A stretch of 64,000 bases of DNA from Octopus sinensis. Taxonomy: Eukaryota. Below are positions 12,792-25,523 of this stretch, piece by piece. Numbering within the stretch: the stretch's first letter is position 1; every line of letters begins with the position of its first letter. Both the position numbers and the translations under genes were made by a program. The DNA lies in contig NC_043003.1 of NCBI RefSeq assembly GCF_006345805.1, forward strand, positions 51,584,001 to 51,648,000. The letters are read 5' to 3'. The notes under the pieces were generated by a model. That model saw nothing but the letters and a program-made list of their open reading frames with translations, had not been told where the DNA came from and ran no database searches.

Positions 12792-13155
12792 TCTCTCTCT
12801 ATATAAACGGCAGTTTGTCTGTGCGTGTTTCTGTGTGTCTGTTTGCTTGTACCCTCACCCTGACCACGGCTTTCAACCGATTCTGATGAAACTTGACACA
12901 CACATAGCCCAATGTCATAATTCAAAACTAACGCAGCGAAAATTTTGAAAAGTTCCCCCAGTTCTGAAAAAAATTGATAAATTCGACATGGGGTCGAGAA
13001 TCAGAAACACAAACGCAACTCCACCTTTTTTAACTAAAAAAAAAATTTAGCATCATTTTCTTCCATTTTTTGGCTATTTTTTGGCTATAACTCTCTAAAA
13101 ATGCTTTATAGTTATTTCCCTTACAAACCTGAGCAACGCCGGGCGATACTGCTAG
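12792..13155 (+). mobile_element. Non-autonomous Helitron
   Basis: A|TC...CTAG|T ends, GC-rich subterminal gagcaacgccgggc, no TSD; second copy at 24151-24534 (-). Confidence 0.82.
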
Positions 13156-13377
13156 TGTTCTATAATTAACATTTATAGTTTTAGTGTGAGTAGACAGTGC
13201 CTACCTTGCCTACCCAGAAGAGACTTTCTCATATGTAAATATTTTATTAAATTTTGGTTTGTTGAGACTTTCTTTAGTACATCACTTGCAGATAGTTACC
13301 CACCAAGTAGATAGCTACTTCAATATAGTTGTGTTTAAGCAAAATCAAGTAATACAATATCATAAACGGAAAGTGTA

Positions 13378-13690
13378 ACCTCTCGAAAGACCTGTTCTTC
13401 ACTCCTGCTCTAGAGCGTGGTCTGCGGGGTCACTCCAAAAAGCTCTATCTACGACGATTTCATCTCAATCGAAGGAGAGGGGCTTTCTCCGTCTGGGTTG
13501 CGGATCTGTGGAATAAGCTGCCAGACGAGATAGTGAAGATGCCGACGACCGCTCGGTTCAAAGTATCTCTTGACCGGAAATGGCCTGCACTCTTTGTATG
13601 ACCATCCTCCCTGTATATAACTCCCTGTCCCCCTACATGGCCTTGCTTTTGCTTTTTGAGCCAATTAAAAATTAAATTAAATTAAATTAA
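13378..13690 (+). mobile_element. CR1/L2-type LINE 3' end
   Basis: Reads LRGHSKKLYLRRFHLNRRRGAFSVWVADLWNKLPDEIV...RFK, followed by a short UTR and an (ATTAA)n tail. Confidence 0.85.
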
Positions 13691-15084
13691 CTTTTTCAAC
13701 CAATCAAATCAATTGCTATCATTCACTTCTTTTTAGTTTGATATTTGGATGCAATTACTTTATATGATGGCAACATACCATATTATGGCTGAGTACAAGG
13801 TCACACACATCAATACAGTAATATTTGACCGAAACTGGGTAATATATTTTAATCTTTTCAGTTAGTGATATCACTTGATACTGGTTACTGTGAACAAGAA
13901 GAAAAGTACGAATGGTGAGAGATAGAGATAAGTGAAGGGCAACTGTTCTTCAGTTCGATATCTGAATGTATGTAATAAATGCTTATCTGAACGCAACGTA
14001 ATTTCTACACACACACACACACACACTCTGTAACATAGAAATAACTCAACATATGTTTCAAAAATTATTCCATGTGTTGACTTAGTCTGAAATATATTAT
14101 GCATGATACAAAGCCAATACATAGTCACATTGGATTATGTAGTCTTGAGTTTGATCCCAGTTAACATAAATGTTGTGAAGTGGCTTTCATCCCTTTGTTC
14201 TAGAACAAGTGTCAGAAATTAACCTACAGAATGTCAGTTAGCAGGGGTCATCTGCCCCACAACATGAATACCTGGAGAAATTGTCAAGGCTGTTTTTTTT
14301 TAAAGAAAGTACTTTACTATAATATCTTTCTCTTATAATATTGTCCACTTTGAAGTTTAATAGCTTTTCATTTCATTTATTTCTTACAAGATGAAGATTC
14401 TCCATCTAGCTTTTGCACTCTCTCTCTCGTTTTTCTCTCCTTCTCAGCCACTTCATTTTCAGTTTCCTCTCTCACTTTGCATGCATGCATTCTTTCTCTG
14501 TCTGTCGCTCCCTCTACATACATGCATATATTTTTTTTTTATTGTCAAGTTTGGGGGAAGAGGCAGTGTCCAAAATCTCCAAGACTAGTGAGTGTGACGC
14601 TACTAATGTCCTGTTTAAACTTTTGCAAGGTGACACCTGCAGGAGTGGCACGAGCATAGTGGATGTTCTGAGAAGGATGGGTTAGGCACAATGGTTTATG
14701 TGGACCTTGGGGGAGGATGGATGGATACAAGGGTGATGGGGGAGGGGCAGGAGAGACTGGTGGGTTAGGACTAAGTGGGGGAGATACAAAACTAGAGACA
14801 GCACACCAATATCACATGACAGTAAAAAGATCTGCTGTGGTAGTGTTGATGAACAGTTATATAGAACAATTAGAGGATCATAAGAAAAGAGAAAAAACTA
14901 ATAGTCCCATATTTATCTTTAAATAAATTTGAGGATGTTTCTCTGTCCATTACATTTTTATGCCACACAGTGGGACTGAACCCAAAATTACATAACCATG
15001 TGGCTGCTAAAAGGCACCAGTTGATTACTGTTACTTTAATCAAGCACCAGTTGTCAAGCGATGGTGGGGGGGGGTGACCTCGTG

Positions 15085-15265
15085 TGTACCGTAGGCGATT
15101 TTTTTCCCTCTGTCTTCCCTTCTCCTATGTTTCCAACGAAGAGCTCCGCTTGAAACGTTAAACCCTCCTTCTTCCCTGAGCATCAAATAATACTATATTT
15201 GTTCCACGTCCTCGCGTTTTTGTGTTTTTTTTTTGTGCTTTCTTGTTTGGATTAACTATATATAT
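15085..15265 (+). mobile_element. Short Penelope-like terminal repeat with a decayed hammerhead-like motif
   Basis: GTTT-CCAACGA-A-GAGC-TCC-GCTT-GAAA-CGTT-AAAC at 15129-15163; abuts (TA)n. Confidence 0.5.
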
Positions 15266-15274
15266 ATATATATA

Positions 15275-15920
15275 TATATGACAGGCTTCTTTCAGTTTCT
15301 GCCTATCCAATCCACAAACAAGGCTTTGATTAGCCCAAGGCTACAGTAGAAGACACTTGCCTAAGGTGCCACAGTGTGGAACTGAACCCAGAATCCTGTG
15401 GCTGGGAAGCAAGCTTCTTACCACACACCCATTCCTGTGCCTATATATATATAATTATTTAAGTCACAATATATGGATTCAACTAATCTGGTGGTACTCA
15501 TAAAAAAAAAGCTCCTTCTTGTATCCACTGGTAACATAAATTTTATCACATTTTGTTATTTATAATTTTATATATATACATCTGTGTTTTTCCCTTACCA
15601 CTGCTTGACAACCAGTTTGTTTATGTTTCCATAACTTAGCAGTTTGGTAATAAAAAAAACCCCAAATAGAATCAGTACCAGGTTTAAAAAAAATTGACTA
15701 AGCCCTTCAAGGCGGTGTCCCAGCATGGCCACACTCATGATTAAAACAAGTAAGATATATGTGTGTGTGTGGTGGGGTTAAGTTTGCTTCTCAACCATGT
15801 GGCTTCAGATTCAGTCCCACTGCAGGGCATGCCAGACAAGTGTCTTCTACTATAGCCCCAGGATGACCAAAGACTTGAATGAATTTAGTAGACAGAAAGA
15901 AGCTTGTGTGTGTGTACATT
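15275..15920. mobile_element. Three SINE-A fragments (15275-15445 -, 15585-15760 +, 15765-15920 +)
   Basis: Head and 3' module motifs of family A. Confidence 0.7.
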
Positions 15921-17299
15921 TGAACTCTATGACAGTTACTATGAGCATTGCTGTTGTCAATTCTTTTGTTAACAAATCATCTGCTCGTTTTGTGAGTTTG
16001 AAAAGGAATAAATGGATGAAATGAGAGAGAGCCTTTAATTTGGCAGACATAAAAAGTTAGTAACACGTCAATCATACAAAGAACAGGCAATACAAAATTG
16101 CACATAGGTAAAATTCAGTGTCACCTTTAAATTTGCTTTCTTTAAGAGAGAGGGGTGAGAGAGGGAGAGAGAGAGAGAGTGTGTGTGTGTGTTTCTCTTC
16201 TGTTTTTAATTATTTAAATTCTTTTGAAAAAAGACCTGGTTTCTAACAAAGATACAAAGCTCCATCGTTGGAATGTAGGCAAAAGAATCAATGTCATATT
16301 TTAAACCTGAGAAAGGTCTTGTATAGTTTTACTGTTCTGCTTTCAGACTGTATTTGTAATGTGCGAGTTCGTTGGTTGATTTCTTTTTCTGAAAATCCAA
16401 GCTTATCTAGACTGACAGTTAGGCATTTACCAAGTGCTCCAATTTATTATTGGTACAAATGTAAATTTGTAATCTGGATATAGAAGCTAGAGGTTTTGAA
16501 GAAAAAATAAGAAAGATGGAAGGATGCAACAAAAATGAGCTAAGAGAAATAACTCAGAATGGCCAGTGGCCTATATTTGAAACATAAAAGATAAATTCAG
16601 GATTTACTGAAATTATCTCTGAATGAAAAGGAGAGATAATCTAAAGCATCGACAATTCTCCACAACTCACATGTCAAGAGGAGAGCTGTGGGCTCCTGTT
16701 TCTGTCTTAACAAGCGTCAACAGTGCAGCACTTGTCCAACACACATACACACATTATAATGCAGAATATTTTCTTGAACTGTCGATGAATGATTATGATT
16801 CTAGCACTTTCAATATCTTTCTCTTTCCTCTATCAATAAAAAGAAATGCGACTTTTTTTCCCCTTCCGAATATAAATGTCTTTATATTTTCTCGGTACTA
16901 CCTAATCTACTAAGTTCATAAAAATATTCTCGGCCAGTCTCGAAATATGTTAAGACTCCCATTATTTCCAAGGTATACCAAACTAATCCACACACGTGGA
17001 CTCTGTGAATTTTGCTGCAGTAGAGCAACAGCTTCCTCAGAATTTTGTAAAAGTGTTAATAGAAATACAGAGAAGAGAGAAAGCATATCAAGTTTGCAAG
17101 GAAGAATAAGTGTGAGCAACGAGAGAGCGAAGAGGGGAAAAAAAAAACGGAAAGCAAAAGAGACAGAGATGGCAGGAAGAAAAAGGAAGTAGTTAGTAGT
17201 GGTGAGAGAAAAAGAGGGCAGTAGAGAGAGAGAGAGAGAGAGAGAGTGAAAAGAGGAAGGGCAGCAGAGAGAGAGAGGGGGTTGGACAGCACGACAAAT

Positions 17300-17914
17300 A
17301 GAAGAGGGAAAACAACCATCAACAATTAGAGCAAAATTTAAAGTTATCTTTATAATTGGTGGTGCTGCTTCAGTTTTGTAACGAGTGCCTCAAACACACA
17401 TGATGTTATTTCATACACATGTATTTACTGGTAACCCTTCGGTATTGATAAACAACCTTCCCTCATGACACAGATAAAGGGGCTAGGCTGAAATAGAGGG
17501 TGAATGACGTCGTCTCCGCATATCAAGACTGTATACCAATACCGAAGGATCGCTATAATACTTCATATGCATGTAAGTGCATAATTATTCAAGCGATGAG
17601 CCAGCCAAGGCGTAGAGATTGAGCTCAGCTTGTTTAAAGTTAGGTAAAACTACACGCATCTCGCGCACTCATGAAAACATGTTTGTGTGGATATATATAT
17701 ATACACAGTCGTTTGACCTACATTGCGACAGTGATTGCTAGTAACAAGTTTGTATTCCTAAACCCTCTCCCTCCACAGAACACACTGAAAACCGCTACTA
17801 TCGACACAGAGACAAAAGGTCACTACAGGATAAACAGCCCGAAAAGTAAAAATAAACGTGAAGAAAAAATAACGAACAATAAAATACATACAAAAATACC
17901 AGCTTAGCACATAC

Positions 17915-17983
<69 letters not shown>

Positions 17984-18520
17984 GCGAGTGAGAAGCTGTA
18001 TTTAACAAGAGAGCAACTTAGTAAAACACTTCCAAGTTGGCACACACTCCAAAACTGTACTCACGCAGGCATTGGCTGGGAAAGCGTGTCCAATTGCAGC
18101 GACTTGTATTTTACACTTGTGCTGCAGCAATATGTACAGCTGCACATGTTTTGGCATCGTAAGCGAGAGAGAGAGAGAGAGTGAGTCTGTGGAGAGGGAC
18201 AGCAAATACTACCACTAAATACAATAACAGTAAAAATAATTTCTACAGAGACACAAGGCTAGAAGTTAGAGGGAGGAGTACAACCGGTTATATCGACCTC
18301 ACTACTTGACTGATACTTTATACTTTATATGAAAGGCAAAGTCGATTCCGGAGGATAGGCAGAAGGTCACAAATTTGAGATGGCCTACAGTCAATTAAAT
18401 CGACCACGGAAACAAAGCTAATATAAGCGAGATTTTAGTCGTAAGGTAGTTTGACTGATGAACGGAAACACAGTTACAGGAAAACGCCACAGCTTCTGGC
18501 TCGAAAAATATGTAACATTT
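17300..18520. promoter_or_regulatory. CpG-retaining candidate promoter region
   Basis: Visible CpG excess over the flanks; CRE-like TGACGTCG at 17505-17512; TCTCGCG at 17659-17665; GA tracts; minus-strand GTGAGT donors at 18064 and 16670. Confidence 0.45.
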
Positions 18521-19018
18521 TATTTAAATATCATAAATAATAGGTTAAAGTAATTAAACAAATAAGATTTTAAGTTATTAACAAACCATACACGATTTGT
18601 TAACAATGGTTATTATGCTATTATATAATGTTTACATATGTAGAAAAAATTACTTAAAAAAATATCATCGGAAATATGGAAGGGGAGGGGGATTAGGAAA
18701 GTGCCGGACAAAATACTAAATTTAATATAATTAAGATGCTGTAAAATCTGTCCAACCCAACAAAAAAAATTGTAAGAATACAAACTCCTTTCCTCTCATT
18801 AATAAAAGGAGGAAAAGCAAAAGTTTTAACTGATATGCCTAATGGATTACATATTGCACTTTACTTGGTTTCAAGTGTGTCATATCCTAGTTCGTGGAAA
18901 AAATTGTCTTGCATGAAACCAGTCTGACAATTAATTACATTCCTAACAAACATGAACAAGGCATAACTTATTGAAAATGTTAAATAGAGAAGGGAACAAT
19001 TAAAAAAGAAATATATAC

Positions 19019-19410
19019 GTGGCTGTGTGGTAAGTAGCTTGCTAACCAACTACATGGTTCCGGGTTCAGTCCCACTGCGTGGCATCTTGGGCAAGTGTCT
19101 TCTGCTATAGCCCCGGGCCGACCAAAGCCTTGTGAGTGGATTTGGTGACGGAAACTGAAAGAAGCCTGTCGTATATGTGTATATATATATATATATATGT
19201 GTGTGTGTCTGTGTTTGTCCCCCTAGCATTGCTTGACAACCGATGCTGGTGTGTTTACGTCCCCGTCACTTAGCGGTTCGGCAAAGAGACCGATAGAATA
19301 AGTACTGGGCTTACAAAGAATAAGTCCCAGGGTCGATTTGCTTGGCTAAAAGGCGGTGCTCCAGCATGGCTGCAGTCAAATGACTGAAACAAGTAAAAGA
19401 GTAAAGAGAG
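19019..19410 (+). mobile_element. SINE family A, full length, young
   Basis: Intact A- and B-box-like head, retained CpGs, internal (TA)(TG) tract and 3' module. Confidence 0.9.
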
Positions 19411-20704
19411 TGAATTACTTTTCAGCTAAATATTGCAGACATCTTAACTTCAAGGTTCGTCAAGCTATGAAGCCCAATTAGGGCCCACATTGTGCAGATG
19501 GACACCTATGGTGGTATACCCAAGGGCTTGTCACATGGATTTGAAATATCAAAAAGTATTTTCTAAGGAAAACCATCTCTTGTGCAAGTCAGTCATTATA
19601 ACATGGTAAGCTTGAACACCAATTCGTACAACATTGAAGCAATGCGGAATTGCGTAAAATTATACACAATTTGACTGGAGTTTATGTGATGTTATTCCTT
19701 TCCTAATAATGGTTTCTGATTTACATACGAGACTAACAATTTTTAAGAAAAGGGATAAGTCAATAACATCAACCCCAGTGTTTGATTCGTATTTTATTGT
19801 AGTGACTCTGGAAAGGATGAAAGTGTTGACTTCCACCTAAGAATATGAACAAGTATAAGAAGATATTAAGATTTGAGTATCATTAAAAGAGTTGAAAAAA
19901 TATTGAAATATATTGGATCCATTTATTATTTCTATTTTTAGAATAAATCTTAAAACTTTAACTTTTCACCCACGAAGACATTTTTCATGCAAAAGAAAAA
20001 AAAGAAAAAAGATATTTTTGGCTTGGAAAACACCTACTTCTGACCAAGTAAACTACTTTCACTTTCATATTCTTCAGTAAAAACAAATGGCAACTTCAGC
20101 AACAGAAAGCATTAAATTGGTCATTTATGTAAGTTTTCCTGTGATAGTTTCCCATAACCTTTCCTTCTAGATTCTTTATTCCAAAACTGAAAAGGCTTCA
20201 AACTTAGAAACAAAAGTGTATTTTTCTTTTTGAAGCACAATAATTGTTTTAATCGACTGTCAGTACTTGACAGGTGCTTTTTTTATTTTATTAGTTTCGT
20301 CTGAAGGAAGGAACTGTGCCCATGATCTCGGTAGGTCTTCTGGTGATTCTCATCGACTGGCTGGTGTATTCCTAGGAACTTTCAGTCTGAGGACTAGGGA
20401 TAACTCCCAGAAACCTCTGGCTTGGCAGTGCTACTGAAGAAACACTATTAGCTCTAGGAAAAACTCTTCAGATATAGAAGTGCAGTTAGCAAAGCCAGTC
20501 TTAGCTGTATGCAGAATGAAGAACCCATTCTGAATGTGCTCATTCAGTGTCTAAGCATTGCTGATTTGTGGAGTTTTGTCAAGCAGCTGTCACAAGAGAG
20601 ATCCAGCTATTGATCCAATGGATAATAATGATCACCCAGCTGTTTTCTTTTAATTTGAAAGGGGAAAGGGAAAAAAAAAAAGGTAAAGTTACCTTCTTAA
20701 ATTA

Positions 20705-20930
20705 TGCCGACTCATAAGGGCCGATTTCCCAGTTTCATGGCATATAAATTCCCAAACTGGATAGGACAGCAGTCTATCACAGGAATACTCATTTTTGCCA
20801 GCTGAGTGGACTGGAGCAACATGAAGTGTTTTGCTCAATAACACAACACATTGCCTGGCCCAGGAATCGAAACCACAATCTTACGATCATGAGTCCAACA
20901 CCCTAACGACTAAGCCACGCACCTCCCCAT
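20705..20930 (-). mobile_element. tRNA-derived SINE family E (related copies at 31005-31260 + and 47205-47470 +)
   Basis: Minus-strand head ggaggtgcgtggcttagtcgttagggtgttggactcatgatcgtaagattgtggtttcgattcc. Confidence 0.75.
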
Positions 20931-21103
20931 TGGAAAGGGTAATTAGCTTTCTACTATCTGGTGAGCATTGGCGAAAGAGGTTGCATAGTGGATGCAACAG
21001 AAAGGACTAAATACAGTCCTCACTGACTTTTTCGAGTTTCATTCATTTGGATAGGAAAGTGAATAAAGAGAGGACTGTGTTATATAAATCAGTATGATGT
21101 TAA

Positions 21104-21324
21104 CCCTTTCGTTACTGTATTTATTTTGAGATGCTCTGTGTTTCTTTCAATTATTTTAAATATAACAAAGAATTTAGTAAAATAACTTAGTTATCATTCA
21201 GCTAGTGTTAGGAACATAAATTGTGACTAACGTTTGGTGGTATATTTTAATGCAAAACTTATGAAAACAAGACATTTGTATTACAGAGCCACAGCCAGTT
21301 TTGGCCGGGTTGGTAACGAAAGGG
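21104..21324. mobile_element. piggyBac-like MITE, 221 bp
   Basis: TTAA at 21100-21103 and 21325-21328; perfect 12-bp TIR CCCTTTCGTTAC/GTAACGAAAGGG. Confidence 0.88.
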
Positions 21325-21519
21325 TTAAACACCTTTAGTTTTAAATGAAGTCTATCAACTTTGATTGAAGATTCTACTTTGAATGGAGCAGTTGATTCTA
21401 AAATGTACTGAAAAATCAACTTTTAGTATTGCTGGCTCTGAATGATGATAATGATAGTGAAACAATAAATTACGGTTTATATATAAATAATAAAATTCCT
21501 ATATGCAACAAATGTTTAC

Positions 21520-21690
21520 ATCATCATCGTGATCATTTAACGTCCATTGTCCATGCTGGCATGGGTTGGACGGTTTGATGAGGGCTGGCAAGCAGGAAGG
21601 CTGCACCAGACTCCAATCTGATTTCTACGGCCGGATGCCCTTCCTAATGCCAACCACTCCGAAAGTGTAATGGGTGCTTTGTGACATCAG
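21520..21690 (-). mobile_element. RTE 3' tail
   Basis: catcatcatc...tttaacgtcc...ggatgcccttcctaatgccaaccactcc. Confidence 0.8.
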
Positions 21691-21799
21691 TATCTGCCAC
21701 GAATGCGATTTTACTTGGCTTGGTGGGTCTTCTCAAGCATGACATAATGCCAAAGGTCTCAGTCATTGCCTCCGTTTCATTCATATAATACTGGTCAAA

Positions 21800-22150
21800 C
21801 AGTGTGTTAAGTTTGCTTCTCAATTACATGATTCCAGGTTCAATCCTACTGTATGGCCCAAAGGCAAATGCCTTCTACTATAGCCCCAGGCCAACCAAAG
21901 CACTGAGTGGATTTGGTAAATGGAAACTGAAAGAAACCCATTGTATGTGTATGTGTCTGTTTATCCACCACCACCACCACCAATCACCACTCGACAACTG
22001 GTGTTGGTTTGTTTACATACCTGTAACTTAGCAGTATGGCAAAAAGATATCAATAGAATAAGTACTAGGCTTAAAAATACAGGTGTTGAGATTGATTCCT
22101 TTGACTGTAGCCCAAGTATGCAGTCCAATGAGTGAATCAAGTAAAACATA
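21800..22150 (+). mobile_element. Diverged SINE family A
   Basis: Head, middle and 3' module recognisable; CpG-decayed. Confidence 0.7.
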
Positions 22151-22870
22151 ATAGCTCATCCCATCCTTCTCACAAGGCTTAAAAACCATTTCTAAAAATC
22201 AGTTCTTGGTCTCAAGTGGTTTGAATGAATTTATAGAGCAAGAGAAATTTTAAAAGAACAGATCTGATTTATTTCACATTTTTCATCAGATTAGTCTGTG
22301 AGATCTAGTTCACAATAAGTTCTTTTGAAATTCTCAATAAATAATGAAACAACTTTTTTTTTTTTTTTCCTACAATGAAATGCAGAAAGAAAAAGAAAAT
22401 GGGACAAAAAGCTTGTAATTCCAGTGAAAATATACAATAGACATAAAACACTATTGTATGCAAGCAAAACAGGGAAAGTAATGAACATTCAACAGAGAAA
22501 GCAATAGAGCAGTATTGTTTCACTTTCTGAATATTTTAAATCTGCTGTTTCAATTTTTTTAAAGATGAAAATGAAATTACAAATGCAAACAAAATATATT
22601 TATTCGCAGAACTACCATTTGAATTGCAGACATTGTGAGAAAGTGAGAGTACTCAGCATTTGTTTTACACCCACTCCTCTTACCTTTCTCTCTTCTTTAT
22701 TCTTCCATACTATCTTTTTTTCTCATTTTACTTCACTCTCTCTTTTAATCCACCACACTGAGATGGATAAGATAAGGAAAGTGACAAGTATGCAAAAGAT
22801 TAAATAAAACAATGCACATAAACAAACACATATAGATGTATATAGAAACACACACATATATCTAGGCTTG

Positions 22871-22903
<33 letters not shown>

Positions 22904-23184
22904 TCCTGTTCATTGAGAGTAATCTATTGACAGATGTATAGAGATCTATAAATGGTTGCATGTGTAGAGTGTAATCTGTTGATGCCCCACACTATCTTCC
23001 CACTTTCTCATTTATTCTGTAATTCCCTCATTATGATAACAGTAACACACTTTTCTGGTTAGGCAATTTTATTTTTGTATATCCTCTTCCTTCTTCACTT
23101 CTGTAACTACATATTATAAACCAGGATATTTACTTCCAGTAAGATACACACACAAATACACACAGACATTTGCTACAAATTCAT

Positions 23185-23350
23185 ATAGGTGCAGACAGGC
23201 TGTGTGGTGTTATGAAGCTTGATTTCAACCACCTGGTTTTGAGTTCAGTCCCACTACACGTCACATTGGCCATATGTCTTCTACTATAGCACCAGGCTGA
23301 CAACAGCTTTGTGAGTGAATTTGGAAGATGAAAACTATACAGAAGCCTGT
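23185..23350 (+). mobile_element. SINE-A head
   Basis: ataggtgcagacaggctgtgtgg...gagttcagtcccactac. Confidence 0.7.
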
Positions 23351-23369
23351 CACATTATGAAATCTAGAA

Positions 23370-23518
23370 GTTTTTTTCATTCTCTCTATTTATTTTCTCT
23401 TATTCCTTTCAGTTGAAGAGCGTAGACTCAAAACATAAAAGACTTAAATTTTCCCGAGTATCAAACTAATACACTTGCTTGTTGTTCATACACCTGTTTT
23501 TGTCTTTCTATAAATTTC

Positions 23519-23525
<7 letters not shown>
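23370..23525 (+). mobile_element. Short Penelope-like terminal repeat with a decayed hammerhead-like motif
   Basis: CTTT-CAGTTGA-A-GAGC-GTAG-ACTC-AAAA-CAT-A-AAAG at 23406-23441, same layout as 15129-15163; abuts (TA)n. Confidence 0.4.
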
Positions 23526-23571
<46 letters not shown>

Positions 23572-23601
23572 AGTTCTATATTTAAGAGATCAGGAATTAT
23601 G

Positions 23602-24132
23602 TACATTATTTACATTTGACAGATATTTGTCCTCATCTGCTTGTTGTTAACAGTTCAGCTGATATACCCTCCAGCCTTCATCAGGTGTCTTGGGGAAATT
23701 TTGAACCTGGGTTCTCATTCCTAAGGTATTTTTCAATATTATTACGACTCTCACCCTGTAAATCAAACAATAAGACACTCTCACCCTGTAAATCAAACAA
23801 AGAACAGATTATTATTATTATTACTATTATTCAGAACACTGCTTGGAATCGAACTTGGAATCTTGGGGTTAGTAGCCCGCGCTCTTAACCACTACACACG
23901 GGCATGTGGCATAGTGGTTCAGAGTGCAGGCTACTAATCCCAAGATTCCGAGTTTGATTCCAAGCAGTGACCTGAATAATAATAATAATAATAATATCGA
24001 AAAATATCTTAAGAATGAGAACCCAGGTTCGAAATTTCCTCAAGACACCTGATGAAGGCTGGAGGGTATATCAGCCGAAACGTTAACAACAAACAAGATG
24101 AGGACAAATATCCATCAAATGTAAATAATGTA
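23602..24132. mobile_element. Head-to-head inverted pair of a tRNA-headed SINE with a hammerhead-like tail (23602-23895 -, 23900-24132 +)
   Basis: The arms are reverse complements; head TGGCATAGTGGTTCAGAG...GAGTTTGATTCC, then (AAT)n, then CTGATGA-A-GGCTG-loop-CAGCC-GAAACGTT at 24049-24084. Confidence 0.8.
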
Positions 24133-24150
24133 TGTGTATATATATATATA

Positions 24151-24534
24151 CTAGCAGTATCGCCCGGCGTTGCTCAGGTTTGTAAGGGAAATAACTATAA
24201 AGCATTTTTAGAGAGTTATAGCCAAAAAATAGCCAAAAAATGGAAAAAAATTATGGTAAATTTTTTTTTAGAGTAAAAAAAGGTGGAGTTGCGTCCCCTA
24301 GACAGTTTGCGGTTTGTGTTTCTGATTCTCGACCCCATGTCGAATTTATCGATTTTTTTCAGAACTGGGGGAACTTTTCAAAATTTTCGCTGCGTTAGTT
24401 TTGAATTATGACATTGGGCTATGTGTGTGTCAAGTTTCATCAGAATCGGTTGAAAGCCGTGGTCAGGGTGAGGGTACGAGAAAACAGACACACAGAAACA
24501 CGCACAGACAAACTGCCGTTTATATAGAGAGAGA
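24151..24534 (-). mobile_element. Non-autonomous Helitron, second copy
   Basis: Reverse complement of 12792-13155 with the same TC and CTAG ends. Confidence 0.85.
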
Positions 24535-24594
24535 TATATATACATATATATATATAGGTTGAAAAAATTAGAGACCTATACAAATCAAATTTTT

Positions 24595-25523
24595 ATAGAT
24601 AAAAGATGGATGTGGAAATAGCACATATATCTAAGACATTTCAATTTAAGAGGGAAGGAATGTAATAAGGATGATTTTAAAAATTATATAAAGAAAATAT
24701 TACTGGTTTTGATGATGAATCTCATCTTATCAAATATCTGTAAAAATTAATAAAAATTTGAAGTAAAAGCAGTTTATCTTCTGTTGGGGGGGGGGCGTCA
24801 AAAACATGTCTGGAGAGTAAGTCTTTTTTAAATATAGTTTGGTATAGAGTTCAAAGTGTTAGAGAGTGACAGAAGGGGAGTAGTTTATCATCTAAAAGAA
24901 ATCTTTGTGTGTTCCTGTCAACAGAGTGGCTAAAAAGCATTTTATTGAAAGGGTTTTATGCCCCTCTGTGTGAGAGTGAGTGTGTGTGTGTGTATATTGT
25001 GTTGAATTTCCTTTCAATATGTTTGGAAAGTGACCAGCTGTGAGTTGATGGGTGTGTATGTTGTGGAGTGTCTCCACCTGTGTATATGTGTGTCTATTCG
25101 TGTGTGTATGAGTGTATGTGTAGGTGTGTTTGTGCATGTGTATGAGTATTTTTTGCAATGTTTTTTTTTGTGCATGTGAGTTTGTAGAGAGTAGTGTGTG
25201 TGTGTTTTTGCGATGTTTTCTTTTTTGTGTATGTGTGGGCATATATATGTATATACACACGCACAGACACATATAGATACTGGATCTCTAAACCAAACTA
25301 TATTTAAAGAAGACTGCAATGAAAAATCTCCAGACATGTTCTTGATCCCCAAAAAGAAGATAAACTGTTTTTACTTCAAATTTTTACTGATATTTGATAA
25401 GATGAGATTAATCATCGAAACAGGTAATATTTTCTTTATATAATTTTTAAAACCATTTTTATTAAATTCCCTCTTAAAGTGAAATGTATTAGACTTCTGG
25501 GCTATTTCCACATCCATCTTTTA

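Noticed and set aside
22291-22369. Strong minus-strand acceptor followed by a KKKKK ORF
   Set aside because: The exon would start with a 15-16-nt A run, and T-rich tracts are ubiquitous here.
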